The notes beneath the pieces are model-generated. The model was given only the letters and a program-made list of their open reading frames with translations. It searched no databases and had not been told where the DNA came from. A stretch of 64,000 bases of DNA from Camelus ferus (taxonomy: Eukaryota). Numbering within the stretch: position 1 is the stretch's first letter; the number at the start of each line of letters is the position of its first letter. Below, in pieces: positions 25,101-36,965 of the stretch. Both the position numbers and the translations under genes were made by a program. The stretch covers positions 105,464,001-105,528,000 of the forward strand of contig NC_045696.1 of the NCBI RefSeq assembly GCF_009834535.1. The letters are read 5' to 3'.

Positions 25101-26259
25101 CGAATCAGTCTCCACTCTCACTAGCACAGTTCTTCAAACAGATCGCCTCTCGCTGCTGCAGAAAACAGTAGAGGGGAGAGGAAGGGGACCCAGAGAGGAG
25201 GCAAGGAGACCATGGAGGAGGCTGTTCCAGGCCTCCAGGAGAGATGAAGGTGATTGTGAAGTAGAGGAATGGTTGGAGGTGTGTATTAGGAGGCGTGAAA
25301 CCCAGCATTCCCACTCCAAAGATCTCTTGAGGCTTCTCCGGGTAGGCAGAACAAAGCTGCCCTGCCCTTCTGAGGGTCAGTGGGACAGAGGTGGGCCCTC
25401 ACAGAGGCTGGGGGCCCTGGCCAGCTGAGGGGTAGTCTTTGCTTCCCTGTGGCCTCCACACTTCTCACTTTCCTGTGGAGCAGGCCTCAGCTCTGGGAGC
25501 TACCATCTCTGCGGATCAAAATTGGCTCTAAACACGAATCAAGAAGGAAATTACAACAATGTGAAGCAGACTTGCCTTCCATTTCTGGCACCTCAGTAAC
25601 TTTAGAAAGTCCTGAAAGATTTACATGGTTTGTCATTTAAGGAGCATACCATCCCCTTTCCAGAGTGAGGCCAAGCCTGCCAAGCTCCTGCCCAAACAGT
25701 CAGAACTTTCAGACGTGCATTGTTGCCAAAGAGGGTGCAGATGGGAAACCACAACTCACCGCTCACAGCTGAGCCTCGGACCCAGGGGTCCCTGCCAGCC
25801 CAGATCCTCTCCCTGTGAGTCAGGGCTCACGGCTGTCAGACTCGGGTCTGGGATCCAACAGGGGGCACCAGAGACTGCTCAGAACAGTGAACACAGAACA
25901 ACCAGGAAATCTGGGAGAAGGCTTCAGACCCAGAATCTGATCCTAGGAGCAGCAAAGATGAAGACCACTGCACATTCACAGTAAGCCCTTTCTCCCCATC
26001 TGTCTTACAATAAAAAGCAGAGAGATACATGCTCTCAGATGACTGTGAGCAAACTCAGCAGACACACCTTCTCCCCAGCATATACAGAATATTAATTATA
26101 ACCGCTTCCAAGTCATCTCCTGGCCTCCAGGCTGAGATTGATTAGCAATGTCTGCCCTGGGCACTGGAGAGTGGGGAGAGGGCCATGCTTTTCCCATTCA
26201 TGGACTGGACAAATCTTTGGACACAAATGTTATCAGTGTTCATTAGTTCAGAGCTACAG

Positions 26260-26700
26260 TGGTCCCTGCTGCCTCCAGAAAAAGCTGAGCTTGGTATTGG
26301 AGGCCCTTCACAATCTGCACCCCACCTCCCTGGCACTCCTAATTCTCACCAGCTACCCTCTGGCCTGGCTGCCTCACAGTGGGCCTCCAACATGCCTTCG
26401 ACATACCCAGCATACTTTTACTCACTAGGGTCCACCTGATGGGAACACACTCTTTCCTTTTCCAAAGTTCACCAGCCCCAGCTCAAGGCCTGCACCTCCA
26501 GGGACTGATCCGTGATCAGCAGGTCCAAGTGACTCCCCCCCGCCATTCTGATCGGCTTCTGTACCACTTAAGTTTTCGTGGCTTTCGTTAGCCTCTGCTT
26601 CAAGGCCCTCAAGAACCATCTGTCTTTGTGCACATGGAGTTTGCCCATCTAGACTATAAGCTCCCTGAAGACAGGGATGCTGCCTCGTTCTTCCCTTAAG
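26260..26700 (+). mobile_element. L2 LINE remnant
   Basis: ggaggcccttcacaatctgc ... ctagactataagctccctgaagacagggatg. Confidence 0.6.
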
Positions 26701-26711
26701 AAAGGAGGCAA

Positions 26712-26920
26712 AATACTTACTCTGTGCCAGGAACCATACTGGGGATTTTCACCCATTCTTCCACTCAAGTCTGATAACAATCTCAGGATGTACGACCACC
26801 TTCATTTTTTAAATCTAGAAATAAAGGCACAGAGAGATTAAGTGACTTGTCCCAGGTCATATAGCTCAGAAATAGCAGGGGCGTGGATTGAAACTCTGAT
26901 CGGCATGATTGCAAGTCCTG
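26712..26920 (-). mobile_element. MIR SINE
   Basis: tacttactctgtgccagg ... aaggcacagagagattaagtgacttgtcccaggtcatatagct. Confidence 0.8.
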
Positions 26921-27059
26921 GCTTCTGCCCTGCTCCAGAATTCCTCCCCACCGAGAACCACATTTCCACAGAGGGCCCTGCAGAGGGCAGTGCTCACCCC
27001 CAACGGATGTGCCTGACTCTCAGATAGTATTTATGGTCTGACTGGTGAAGTGCTAATGG

Positions 27060-28060
27060 TTGAGTGTGATACGTGAAGGAAGGAGGTGGGGGAGCTGATT
27101 AGGCGGAAGAATCTGATCAGGCGGAAGAATCTACCTAGCTCCTCACCCATCTCACCTGCCGGGTGACCGCTGACTCCACCTGCCGAAGGCTAGCGCGGCC
27201 AGTAAGCCACACAGACCTTGCGTTTCACGTTATGCCCGCCTCCTCCCTCTATCCCCAAGATTCAGTCTTCCACCATCCTGGATGAGTCAGCCTTGAATTG
27301 CTGACGCTGCCACACCGACCGCTTCCACCATACGGAGAAGTCAGAAATAGCCGTCACTTGTGTCCTCAGTTTATCTTTAGAAAAAGAATGACTGAAAGGA
27401 CCTCCACTGCCCAGGATGATTGTTTTGACAGTTTTTTATTGTGCATAAAATTGCATCATTGTTTTGTTTAACATGGAAAGGAGTTAAACTGCTATGAACT
27501 TAATGCGCCACCCCCCGTAAACCATTAGGTCCCTTCTGTGTTCCTGACTTTATAAGTCTGTTTCCCTCAGAGGAACATCTGTTGTATACTTAAATGACCT
27601 TAGTTCAAAGGCACGATCAACAAAAAATTCTTAACTCTGCTAGGAAGCATTCGAGGGTATCCGTTACTCTGCGCTGGTCGCGGTATTAGGGGCTTCTCCA
27701 CTAACAGCTGTGCACATCTGCCCACACGGGCAGAGGCCCCTCACTTTCTGCACATCGTTAAAGATGCTCAGGCCCGCTTTTCAGTCTCGTTCTCCCTCTG
27801 ACCCGTGCAAGCGAGTCTCGCCAAAGTCTCCATTTTATGGGCATCGATATCCAGCGTTCTACTCAAATATAATTTTTGCCCTGCGTGCGGAGGGAGTGCG
27901 ATGAAAGACGAGCAAGGGGTGTTCTGCTAATCCTTGGAAAGAACATGAATGAGCATTAGGAATTTCGAGCAACTTAACAAATGTAGGAAAAACAGATTGT
28001 CCTGAGCCAAACATGAAGGAATTTGAGGAGAAAAACGAGCCTGATGCCGAGAAAGATTAC
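27060..28060. promoter_or_regulatory. CpG-retaining, repeat-free promoter/enhancer-like block
   Basis: About 40 CpGs in 1 kb by eye count despite moderate GC; duplicated CGGAAG (ETS-like), two CACCTG E-boxes, AP-1 TGAGTCA at 27283-27289. Confidence 0.5.
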
Positions 28061-28689
28061 AAGACACCATCTTGGAGGCCATAAAAATCATATTGGAAAC
28101 AGAGATGGCCAGGCAGCAGGCTTTCTGGCTTTTGCATTGATTAGCTCATCCTGACGTTATCCCCACTTTCCAGATGACTCAACAGACACTGAGAGCTCCT
28201 GACTTGACCAGAGGAGGGTCCAGGCATCCGCCTCAGGCCATCCTATTTGTAGGTGGCTCCTGCTCAGGTTAAAGTGAGCCCGGCCAGTGTGGAGAGGTAG
28301 ACAGCAACGGCAGGGCCAGTAATGGTGAGGGACTTAAAATGTCTCTTCCTCCAGCTCCTCTGCTTTGGGCTTGGCTCTCAGTGCATCTCCATGAAGTTAA
28401 CTGACAATTGCTCTTCTTCTTAGTGTTCGGTCAGATTTTCCAGGGAATGTGACTTTTCAAGGACACTCCAGTGTCCGCTGCACCATACATCAGAGACACG
28501 CAGAACTGAATTTCTCCAAATGTCTGAGGACAGGTGGGCTGTCCCAGAGTAGCAAAGCCAGGCTTGCCCTGGGGCCTCGCTGTCCAGCCTGGCTGGGGAG
28601 TTGTCCTGGGGACCGGGCAACTGGGCCCCAGCTCAGGTTTCAGGCTTTGTCTGGGGGCCCTTCCCTAAAAGGGGTCATTGAGTTTTCAC

Positions 28690-28840
28690 GCACATTCAAA
28701 TCTTTACGAGTTGTTGAAACTTTTCTGGAAGTTGGTGGGTTTCTGCAAGTCTGGTTCAGGGAACCGTGCCTCCTTGCAGTTGGGAAAAATCATTGCTAAA
28801 AATAAAGGCAAGTTGGGTTTTGCCATATTTGGAGAGGACT
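28690..28840. promoter_or_regulatory. Candidate MEF2+SRF enhancer module
   Basis: MEF2 consensus CTAAAAATAA at 28796-28805 and perfect CArG box CCATATTTGG at 28823-28832. Confidence 0.4.
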
Positions 28841-29360
28841 GGTCTGCAGTGTCTCCTTTTTCCTATGTCATCCTTTAGAGAAAGTTGAAGAGCTTTATTC
28901 ACACACACACACACAAAGAGTTTAGATCAAAAGTATAGATCAAATTCCCTTGCCAAGAGTTTCAGAGACTGCTAGAATCTCTTTGCTGGACAACGATGTT
29001 ACAGCGTTTATTCTATGGTGCTGGTAGCATGTGGACCCCTCAGGTCTGAGGAACCTTAAGGGCTTTGTTTTGGTCATTAACATTTTAGTTGAAATGGGAT
29101 GTGATCCTGTAGCCCTGCTACTCCTTCATTTGTCCATTCACTCTGTCAGTCAGTCAGTCAGCCAAAGATGATGAAAACTACCTCTGTCAGGCCCCACGAT
29201 GGGCTTTAAAGATGTAGAGATGAACAGAGTCAGCATTCTGCTCGGAGAAGCAGGGGCAACAGAGACTGGCAGTGGCAGGTGGGGTGGGAACAGGGTGGGG
29301 ACAAAAAGTGCTCCTAACCTGGCCTGGGGAGAAGGCAGGGGCTGCCAGAGCCGGCCAGAA

Positions 29361-29650
29361 CATGGCCGGCACAAGGGTGAGGCGAGTGCGACCCACAGAA
29401 AGACAGGATCTGACCCTGCCCTTGCACGACTCTCCTTACTCCCCTCCCTCTAATCCTGCCCCTGACAGTCCACGTCTTCATTCAAAATTTGTATATTTTG
29501 TTTAATGTGGATTTTTTTTTTGCATTTATTTTGATTCTAAAAAAGATGGCACTCAAACATTACTTATCTTGATTACTGAGCTTTTGGGCACCCCCTTAAA
29601 TTTTGTGCCAGAGGCAAGCACCTCACTCTCCCCACCCTAGTTCTGGTTCA
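29361..29650. mobile_element. MER96B-like hAT element
   Basis: Termini agggtgaggcgagtg / cctcactctccccaccctag; internal tatcttgattactgag...cccccttaaattttgtgcc. Confidence 0.8.
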
Positions 29651-30339
29651 CTGAAGACAGGAGGCTTGGGAAGTGGGCAGGACAGGGGGCCCGGGGGCAG
29701 CCCTCTCCGTTCAGAACTTGGCCTTTCATCCTGAAGGCAGCAGGGAGCCACTGAGGATGGTAAAGCCAGGAAGGAACATCATTGGATGTGATTTTGAAAA
29801 TCTCCCCGCAGCAGAAGGCTGAAGGGGACCCAGGAGACAGAGGGACTGGAAGCAAGAGGACCCGTGAGGAGTGAGTGCTAGAATCTTAGGTGAGAGCTGA
29901 TTAGGGCTCCAGCCAAGGCTGGGGAAATGGGGTTCAGGAGGAGGACCCGGAGGGGAGTAGGAGACACTGCAGACTCTCCAGCAGTCCCAGTGCCCAGCTT
30001 CCCTAGGTTCCCTGGTTCCCTTTGGCAAAGAACAGGTAGAGAAATCCGGCCCCTCTGGTGGGCAGAGGAAGATGTGGGGCTTGGAGCAGCCAAATGACCT
30101 GGCTGCAGCTGAGCCCTGCTGTGCCCACCCCACGGGGGAGCAGCCCTGCTTCCTGCAGAGTAGGGGCTGCCCACAGGGCTCCCACCCCTCCCTGCACCCC
30201 GTTCCCCAGCCTACCCCTCAGGGGCAAAGGACCCTGGGGTCTGCAGGCAGGACAGGGGTCCCAGGGACAATGCTCTGAGCCCAGCACACAGGCATGCAGA
30301 TACACAGGCAGGCAGGTGGGAGGGTGCGAGGAGGTCTGG

Positions 30340-30625
30340 TCCCCATTAGGGGCCATTTGCTTGTGGTAGCAGGCCAGTGAGGCTGCGGGCTGGTTAATAG
30401 GCATGGCCACTGGCTGCTGGGAAGGAGTTGCTGCCTTGAAATTGCACTGATTGGCTCTAATTTCCCCTGCTCCACGCAGGGGGCCGAGGACAGCCTAATG
30501 CAGGGTGGCAGCCGTGGCAGCCCAAGACGTGACATCTCTCTTCACTATAAACAGAGGGAGTTTCTTCTCTCCCACTGGTTCTCATAGATACTGCAATTTA
30601 CTGTCACTGATATCTAATCAAACTC
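30340..30625. promoter_or_regulatory. Candidate conserved non-coding element
   Basis: Repeat-free; CTGATTGG (inverted CCAAT/PBX-like), several TAAT cores, ctaatcaa. Confidence 0.3.
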
Positions 30626-31349
30626 CACCTCCTCCAAGAAGCCTTCCTACCTGGGCTCTGGCATCAAGTATGGGTCCCTTCCTTCTTCGTCCCTGCCCCC
30701 TCCCCCACCACAAGCCTCCTGGCCTCTCTCAGACAGTTGCTTTAGCGGGACAGGACCCCCAGGGCAGACATGTGGTGAAAATGATGAAGTGACATGATGA
30801 GGGGGCACCTTGCTCAGCACAGCCCTTCCCTTCTAAGAGCAAGCATGGCCTTCACTGCCAGGTGGCCATGCCACTCCACACCCCACCCCGACCCTCACCC
30901 TGCCAGGGCTGACAGATTTCTCTGAAGCTATAGAATAGGAATCTGTACCTCCTCGTCTCCCCAAAGAACCCAGACCTCCAGACTAACCTCATAGTTCACA
31001 CCATCCATTCTCAAGCTACCCGCTGCGGAGGAGAGTGGAGATAAAGCCCGCTGGCCTGGGGATGACCTTGATGGTGCTGGCACTTGGGTGGCGGTGGGGG
31101 TGGGCACAGGTTTCCAAGGCACCCATTTGTAGCTGGGGAACTTGGGAGCAAATCTCCCCCCACCGACTGCCTTGGTCACAGCTGGCTGTTCTTGCCTCTT
31201 CTCCCTCCCTCCCCATCGCCCATCTCCCTGGGTAGAACCTCAGAGCCCACTGGGTTTTCCCCTTTACCCTTTGGCATTTCTCTGGCTGTTGCTGCTTCTT
31301 CTTTTTTCTCCATCAACCCTTACCCCCAGGCTTCTAGCTCTTCCCCTCT

Positions 31350-31480
31350 TCATTGAACAATATTTATTAAATAGTCAACATACATTTTTAAGTGCCTGCT
31401 GTGGGTCAAGGGCTCTGCTAGGCACTGGGCATGGAAGGCTGAGCTGACATAGGGGACGTTCTAGTGGATGTCCTCCCACC
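31350..31480 (-). mobile_element. L2 3' end
   Basis: cattgaacaatatttatt ... agtgcctgctgtgggtcaagggctctgctaggcactggg. Confidence 0.7.
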
Positions 31481-32964
31481 CTCTGTCATTTTCTGTCTTC
31501 TTTTAGAGGTCTTTCTTGGGCTAAGAGTGAGAGGTTAGGGCTGACCCATAACCACAGAGGGGAGCAGACCAAGCCAGGTCCTTGGAACACCATCCTCTCT
31601 TCTCTCCCCCACCAGCCCCGGGATGCAAAAGCCCTCTCTGCCCTCCTCCTCCTCCCCTTCTCCATCCTCCAGGGGCTATTCCTGCCCCCACAATGTTGGA
31701 GAGTGAATGAGGAGGAGGGACCCACCTTTCTCAGGCAACTGCATCGTTGGGGTCGGATGGTGCATAGCCAGAGAGGGACACAAGGAGCGAGAAGCCAGGT
31801 CACCCCCGAGTCAGGCCCACAAAGCACTGCTTCCCTGCTGGCCTGGCCGCCAGCCTCCGACCATTTCAAAGGACTTGATAAACAGCTTGGCGGCCTTGTC
31901 TCCCCCACACGCTGCTCAGCAGCAGGGGCTGGGAGAGGCGGCCTCCTGGCCAGAAGCAGCACCAAGGGTAAGGTGCTCCTCTGCCGGGTCAAGGTGCTCC
32001 AGGCTCCTTTCTGGGCCCCCTGAACAGGCCGCCTTCTGGCAGCCGAACAGCTGCAATCCCTGCCTGGCCCTGCAAGGCACATCTGTTCACAGTTAGAGGT
32101 CGGTGCCCATCCAGGAAGCAAGGAGGCATGTGCTCAGACCCCCATGCATATGTACCCAGGCCTGTGTGTACCCAGACCTGCGTGCACCCGGGCACACGTG
32201 ACACCACACACGCCCACAGAGACACTGTCACCCACACGTGTCCACAGGTCCCTGTGCACAGCCAGATACGCATATACACGCTCACATCACTGAGAGTACG
32301 TTCAGCCCAGGAATTATACAGCCAAGTAGACTGGAGGAGGCGGGAGGAGCGCTTTCAACTGAAAAATAAAATATATGATAAGGAGGTTCAGAAACAGCTT
32401 TAAAAGAAAAAAAAATGGAAGTAGCTAAGCCAACAATCTTAGGGCTCCTGATGTTATCGGTAGTGTTGAGCCGACACAGGGGAGAGATGTTCCCTCAGGG
32501 GCACCCCAGCCTTCTCCTCCACAAGGCACAGCAGTGCGGGATGCAGTGGCACTCTGTGAAAGTCAGGGCCTGGCTTCATTTTAAAATGTGCCCCTGAGCA
32601 CCAGCCTGAGATGGTTAGTGCAGGTCCTGTAGGTGTTAGGGCAAGACAGGGCCTGCTCCAGCCCTCCCCAGCCCTCATCTCACAAGTGCAGAGGCTGGTC
32701 CAGAAAGGGGCAGGGACTGTCAGTGTGGCCCAGCAGGCCAGCAGCATTAGGATGGGAACCACTCCTCATTCTTTCCTCCCAATGGTTGTCTGTCTCATAA
32801 TTTAGGCCAGTTCAGCTGGCCTTAGGGTGGCCCTGGCCTGGGTCAGCATCAGGGGGCAGAGATAACCTTGCCCAGGCACGTCTTCACTGACCCTTCCACG
32901 AACAGGCTCTGAACTGATCCCATGATCGGGGGCCATTTACCTGCCTGTCTTGAGGGGCCTGGAG

Positions 32965-33150
32965 GATGGTAGCCCAGCACATGGCCTCTGGGGCCAGACA
33001 CTGGCCAGCATGTGACCTCAATTCTGTCTCAGTTTATCCTTCTCTAAAATGGGAGTGATAATCCCATTTGGCAAGGTCCTTGTAAGAATTCAATAAGATA
33101 ATGTAGGTAAAGTGAGTGGGGCCCAATAAAAGATCAAATGTTGCTACTCT
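32965..33150 (+). mobile_element. MIR SINE
   Basis: tgtgacct ... tctcagtttatccttctctaaaatggg ... gataatgtaggtaaagtg ... caataaa. Confidence 0.7.
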
Positions 33151-33258
33151 TACCATCAACCCTGATATAGTGACTTCCGAGGCCCCCTTCACTTCCTTTA
33201 TTGTACACAGCCCGGCTCTTCCTGCTCCCCAGAGGGCGGGGAGGCAAAGGACTTCAGG

Positions 33259-33444
33259 CAGTGTTTTTAGAGTGTGGTGCCCAGACAGGCAGCAGCAGCA
33301 GCATCACCTGGGAACTGGTTAGGAATACAAATTCTGGGCCCCATCCCAGACCTACTGAATCAGATACTCTGGGGTGGGGCCCACTAGTATGTTTTAACAA
33401 GCCCCCCAGGTGACTCTGATGCAAGCTCAAGTTCAAGAACCGCT
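33259..33444. mobile_element. MER5A (hAT-Charlie)
   Basis: cagcagcatcacctgggaactggttaggaatacaaattctgggccccatcccagacctactgaatcagatactctggggtggggccc ... ttttaacaagccccccaggtgactctgatgca. Confidence 0.95.
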
Positions 33445-35129
33445 GGTGAAGGTTGGTACATGCCACTTAGGCAGTAAGTCCAACACCTGTCTTGTGCTGC
33501 CCTTTTATGGCTGTTGCCCAGAAATACCATCCACCAGGCTCTGGGGTTAGGGCCTGAGTACCAGGACCCTGGTCTCCATGTCCAGTGGCTGGCTGACCCC
33601 ATCCTGGTCACCATGCCTGCCTGCCTCCTGCTGCACCAGCCCTGCCCTCCCCCACCCACCTCCACAGCCCCCAGGCCAGGGCCTCCTCTGCTCCCGCCTC
33701 CAGCCGCGTGCACCCCAACCTCTGCCCTGCACTCAGCCTGTGTCCAGCTGGGCTGGGCCCAGCCCCAGAGTGGGAGACTCAGGCACTTGACTTCAAAGCC
33801 TTGTCAGAGGGAGCCTGGTTTGCAGTGGAGGTCAAAGATAAACCAAGGAACAATGCAGCCAGAAAATGTGTGTGGGTGGAGGCTGCCTGGAGTCCAGGAG
33901 GGGAAGAGGGAAGGAGGCTGGGCTTGTCCAGTGGCCCTTCTAGCAGGAGCCTTTCCAGCAGTGTGGGGCCATGCTGGGCACCCTGTTGTGAGAACAACCT
34001 GAGGGGGAGTCCAACCCCAGCCAGATCCCACCCCCACCCAACCCCTGCCTGAGTTTGAACTGCGTTTGTTCCATCCTGATCTCTTACACTTCCACACAAT
34101 GGTAACACGTGCTCAGAGCTGGGACCAACACTTGACAGGACCCATGAGCAACTTGGTGGCAGGAACACAGCCAGGTGGGAGTAGAAAAGAGTCCAGGTGG
34201 GACCCAGGTGTCCAGGGCGGTATTGCCGTTTATACCACAGGCAGTTGCCCACCCTCCTGGGCTTCACAATGCCTTCTGTTGCCATGGCCATGCCTGTACC
34301 CCAAGGCCCCCATCTGTGTTACAGGGGTGCCCCTCAGGAGCACGTGAGTGAGGTAAAGGTCTGTGCACTCCATTCTCCACCAGAGCAGGGTACAGTGAGT
34401 AGTGTGGGGGAACAACATGCGAGGGTTAATCCCCACAAACCAGCACATGTGATGGTGGGAACTGACTTGGACTCTGGGTCTAGTGGGGCTGCCATGAGAA
34501 ATAGGGCTGCCCCTCAAGTATCAGTGGGGAGGTGGGTGGGGCACAACCCCAGAGTGACACCACTGTGTGCTAAGCACATCCACGTAAATTATCCTGTTTA
34601 ATCCCCAGGGTCCTTCGTCAAGGTAGGTGTTGCTAAGTGAGGCCGTGTGGGGCCTGACGTGACTGGCTCAGAAAGCAGCCAGGAATGAAGCCTCAGTGCC
34701 TCTACCAGCCTCTGCCTGGGTCCAGCGGAGCAGAGCAGCCTCCGTGGGCAGCAGCCGTGTCTGCTCCTGTGGAGCTGCCTGCTCGGCTGTGTCCTGGGTG
34801 TGGGCAGAGCTGGTACTGTCCTTGGCAGCCACACGGAAGCACTGGACCTTTGGTCGCCCACAAAGCCCACACGTGACCACCACGTCCAAGGTGGGCCGGC
34901 GAGGAGGGGTTGTTATCACCATCATTCCCATTTTCAGATGGGAGAGGAGGTTCAGGGAGGTGCCCTGCCCAGGTCTGCCCCACTGGCAAGTGGGGAAGTT
35001 GGAACGGGAGCCCGGCTCAGACAGAAGGATGCCCTGAGTGCAGGTGTGCTGAGGTGGGAGTAGGGGACAGGGGTCCTGAGGCGGGGGTGGAGGACACGCT
35101 TTTTGTCCTGAGGGTGTTAGCCAACATTA

Positions 35130-35480
35130 CTTTAAATAAACTCTCAACCGCATAGTGCAGCATGCAGCATCGGACGCACACGTCCGCTCACCCATTCCTC
35201 TCCCCTTCCCAGCGTCACCACTGTCATCAGATGGCCATGGCTCCTTCCACAGCATTTCTATGCACTTATAGACATCTACAAGCACCTCTGCACTAGTTTT
35301 TTGTTTTTGTTTTTGTTTTAACAGAAATGTTTCATATATATAGTTCATCTATGGATTGCTTTATTCACTTAGCATTTCTTGGAAAGGGTTCCACATTGTA
35401 TAAAAAGCTCCCACCACAATCTTTTTCGGGGTTGCAGAGGCTATCCATTAATGGAAGTCCCTGTGGTCAGTTTACTCACA
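35130..35480 (-). mobile_element. Very old L1 3' UTR remnant (L1ME-like)
   Basis: accactgtcatcag ... ttttgtttaacagaaatg ... ttgctttattcacttagcat ... tccatt. Confidence 0.5.
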
Positions 35481-36642
35481 GAGGCCAGCCCTGGGCCAGA
35501 GCCAGGTCCCACCTCTCTGCAGGCTGACAGAGTGACAGCTGGCCAGGCTGCCTGTCAGCTGTCCCACACTTCAGGCAAGACTTGAGGCCCCCTCGGGGCC
35601 ATGCTGGCCCTGGTGTCCTCCTGCCAGGCCCCACCTCACTGGGTTCCCCAGCATCCCAGGACCCTCGAACTGGCTAGAGTCTCTGCAGCCCAGTTCCACT
35701 GACCCATGCTGAGATATCTGTGGCCTGATGTGCTACCCTTTCTGGGAGTCCTGGCATCGTGTGAGGAGGCAGCGCCCTAACCCATCGGAACAAAGCCTGA
35801 GTGGGAGCCCAAAGCACCATGACTGGTAGGTGGCAGAGATAGGTAGAGACCCAGGGACCCTCCAAACCTCATGTGCCATGGCAGAGACCCAAACCTCCTG
35901 CCTTCACGCTTGCCCTGTATGAAGATCCCTGCTGCCCTCTAGGAGGCTTCCACATGTGGGATGGGGACACTCAAAGCCCCTAGTGTGGCCCAGGCTCCGG
36001 CCCGTGTCCTCTGCAGAGGAGGGCTTCGATGCAAGGCACCCTCCAGCCCTGACAGCTGCAGATGCCAAGCTCAGCTCTTCATCTTGCTCCCACTCCTGGC
36101 TCTGGGACTGCATAGCTGGGTGCCCACACAGCAACCCTGACCCCAAGGTGCTCTGCAGGCTCCTGCTTCCCTGCCTTTGTGCTGCTGTTCCCTCCACTTG
36201 GAACGCCCTTCCCTTTGAGCCTGCTGAAACTACCACACATCCTCCTCTGGAGCACAGGCCCAAAGGTCGCCACCAGCTCTTCCTACTCAGGCTGCTCTCA
36301 CATTCTGAGCCATCTGTGATGGTCACCACCCACCACCTGGGGGGCCCTGTCAGCCCAGCTCCAACCCCACCACCAGACTGCACGCTCCTGAAAGGCTGGG
36401 ACTGGACCACAATGCTTGCTTTCCACTCCCAAAGCCTGGGCGGGTCTGGCACAGGACAGGTTCCCTCCCTGTGGTTTCTTGGCCTGGTGATCTCAGCCAC
36501 AGGGTCACCCCAACTCCTTCACCAGCAGGAAGCCCATCCTTGAATCACAGGAAGCCCCTCCCATCACATTCAAGACCATCCTGATCGCAGAGGGGAATGT
36601 ACAGTGTAGCTACTCACTGGTGATTCCCTCATCAGCTCCCAT

Positions 36643-36965
36643 ATTCGTTCAATCAACATTTACTGAGTGTCCAGGCATCACAAACATCATGCTGGTCAAA
36701 TGATCACTATCTTCAAGGGGCTCAAAGTCTACCTGAGAGGCAGATTACCTGACCTGAAAGAGGGAAGCCAGTGTACACATGTGCGCACGTGCATGCGTGC
36801 CAAGAAGGGGCTCTAGGGGTACAGCAGAGAGAGAGATGAGGAAGGCTTCCTGCAGGAGGCAAAGTTGGAGCTGAGGTCTGCAGGCTGAGTAGAAATTCTC
36901 CAGGAAGAGAAGGGATGGAGGCAAGGGAACAACACGTGCCAAAGCACAGAGACAAAGCGAAACTC
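36643..36965 (-). mobile_element. L2 3' region
   Basis: ttcaatcaacatttactgagtg ... ggaaggcttcctgcaggagg ... gagctgaggtctgcaggctgagtagaa ... gggaacaacacgtgccaaagcacagag. Confidence 0.8.

Noticed and set aside
31486..32121. 211-aa minus-strand ORF and overlapping plus-strand ORFs
   Set aside because: No homology recognised; multiple frames are open simply because of high GC.
35904..36543. ~195-aa ORFs on both strands
   Set aside because: Contain L2-like remnant motifs (gctgttccctccacttggaacgccctt); composition is not protein-like.
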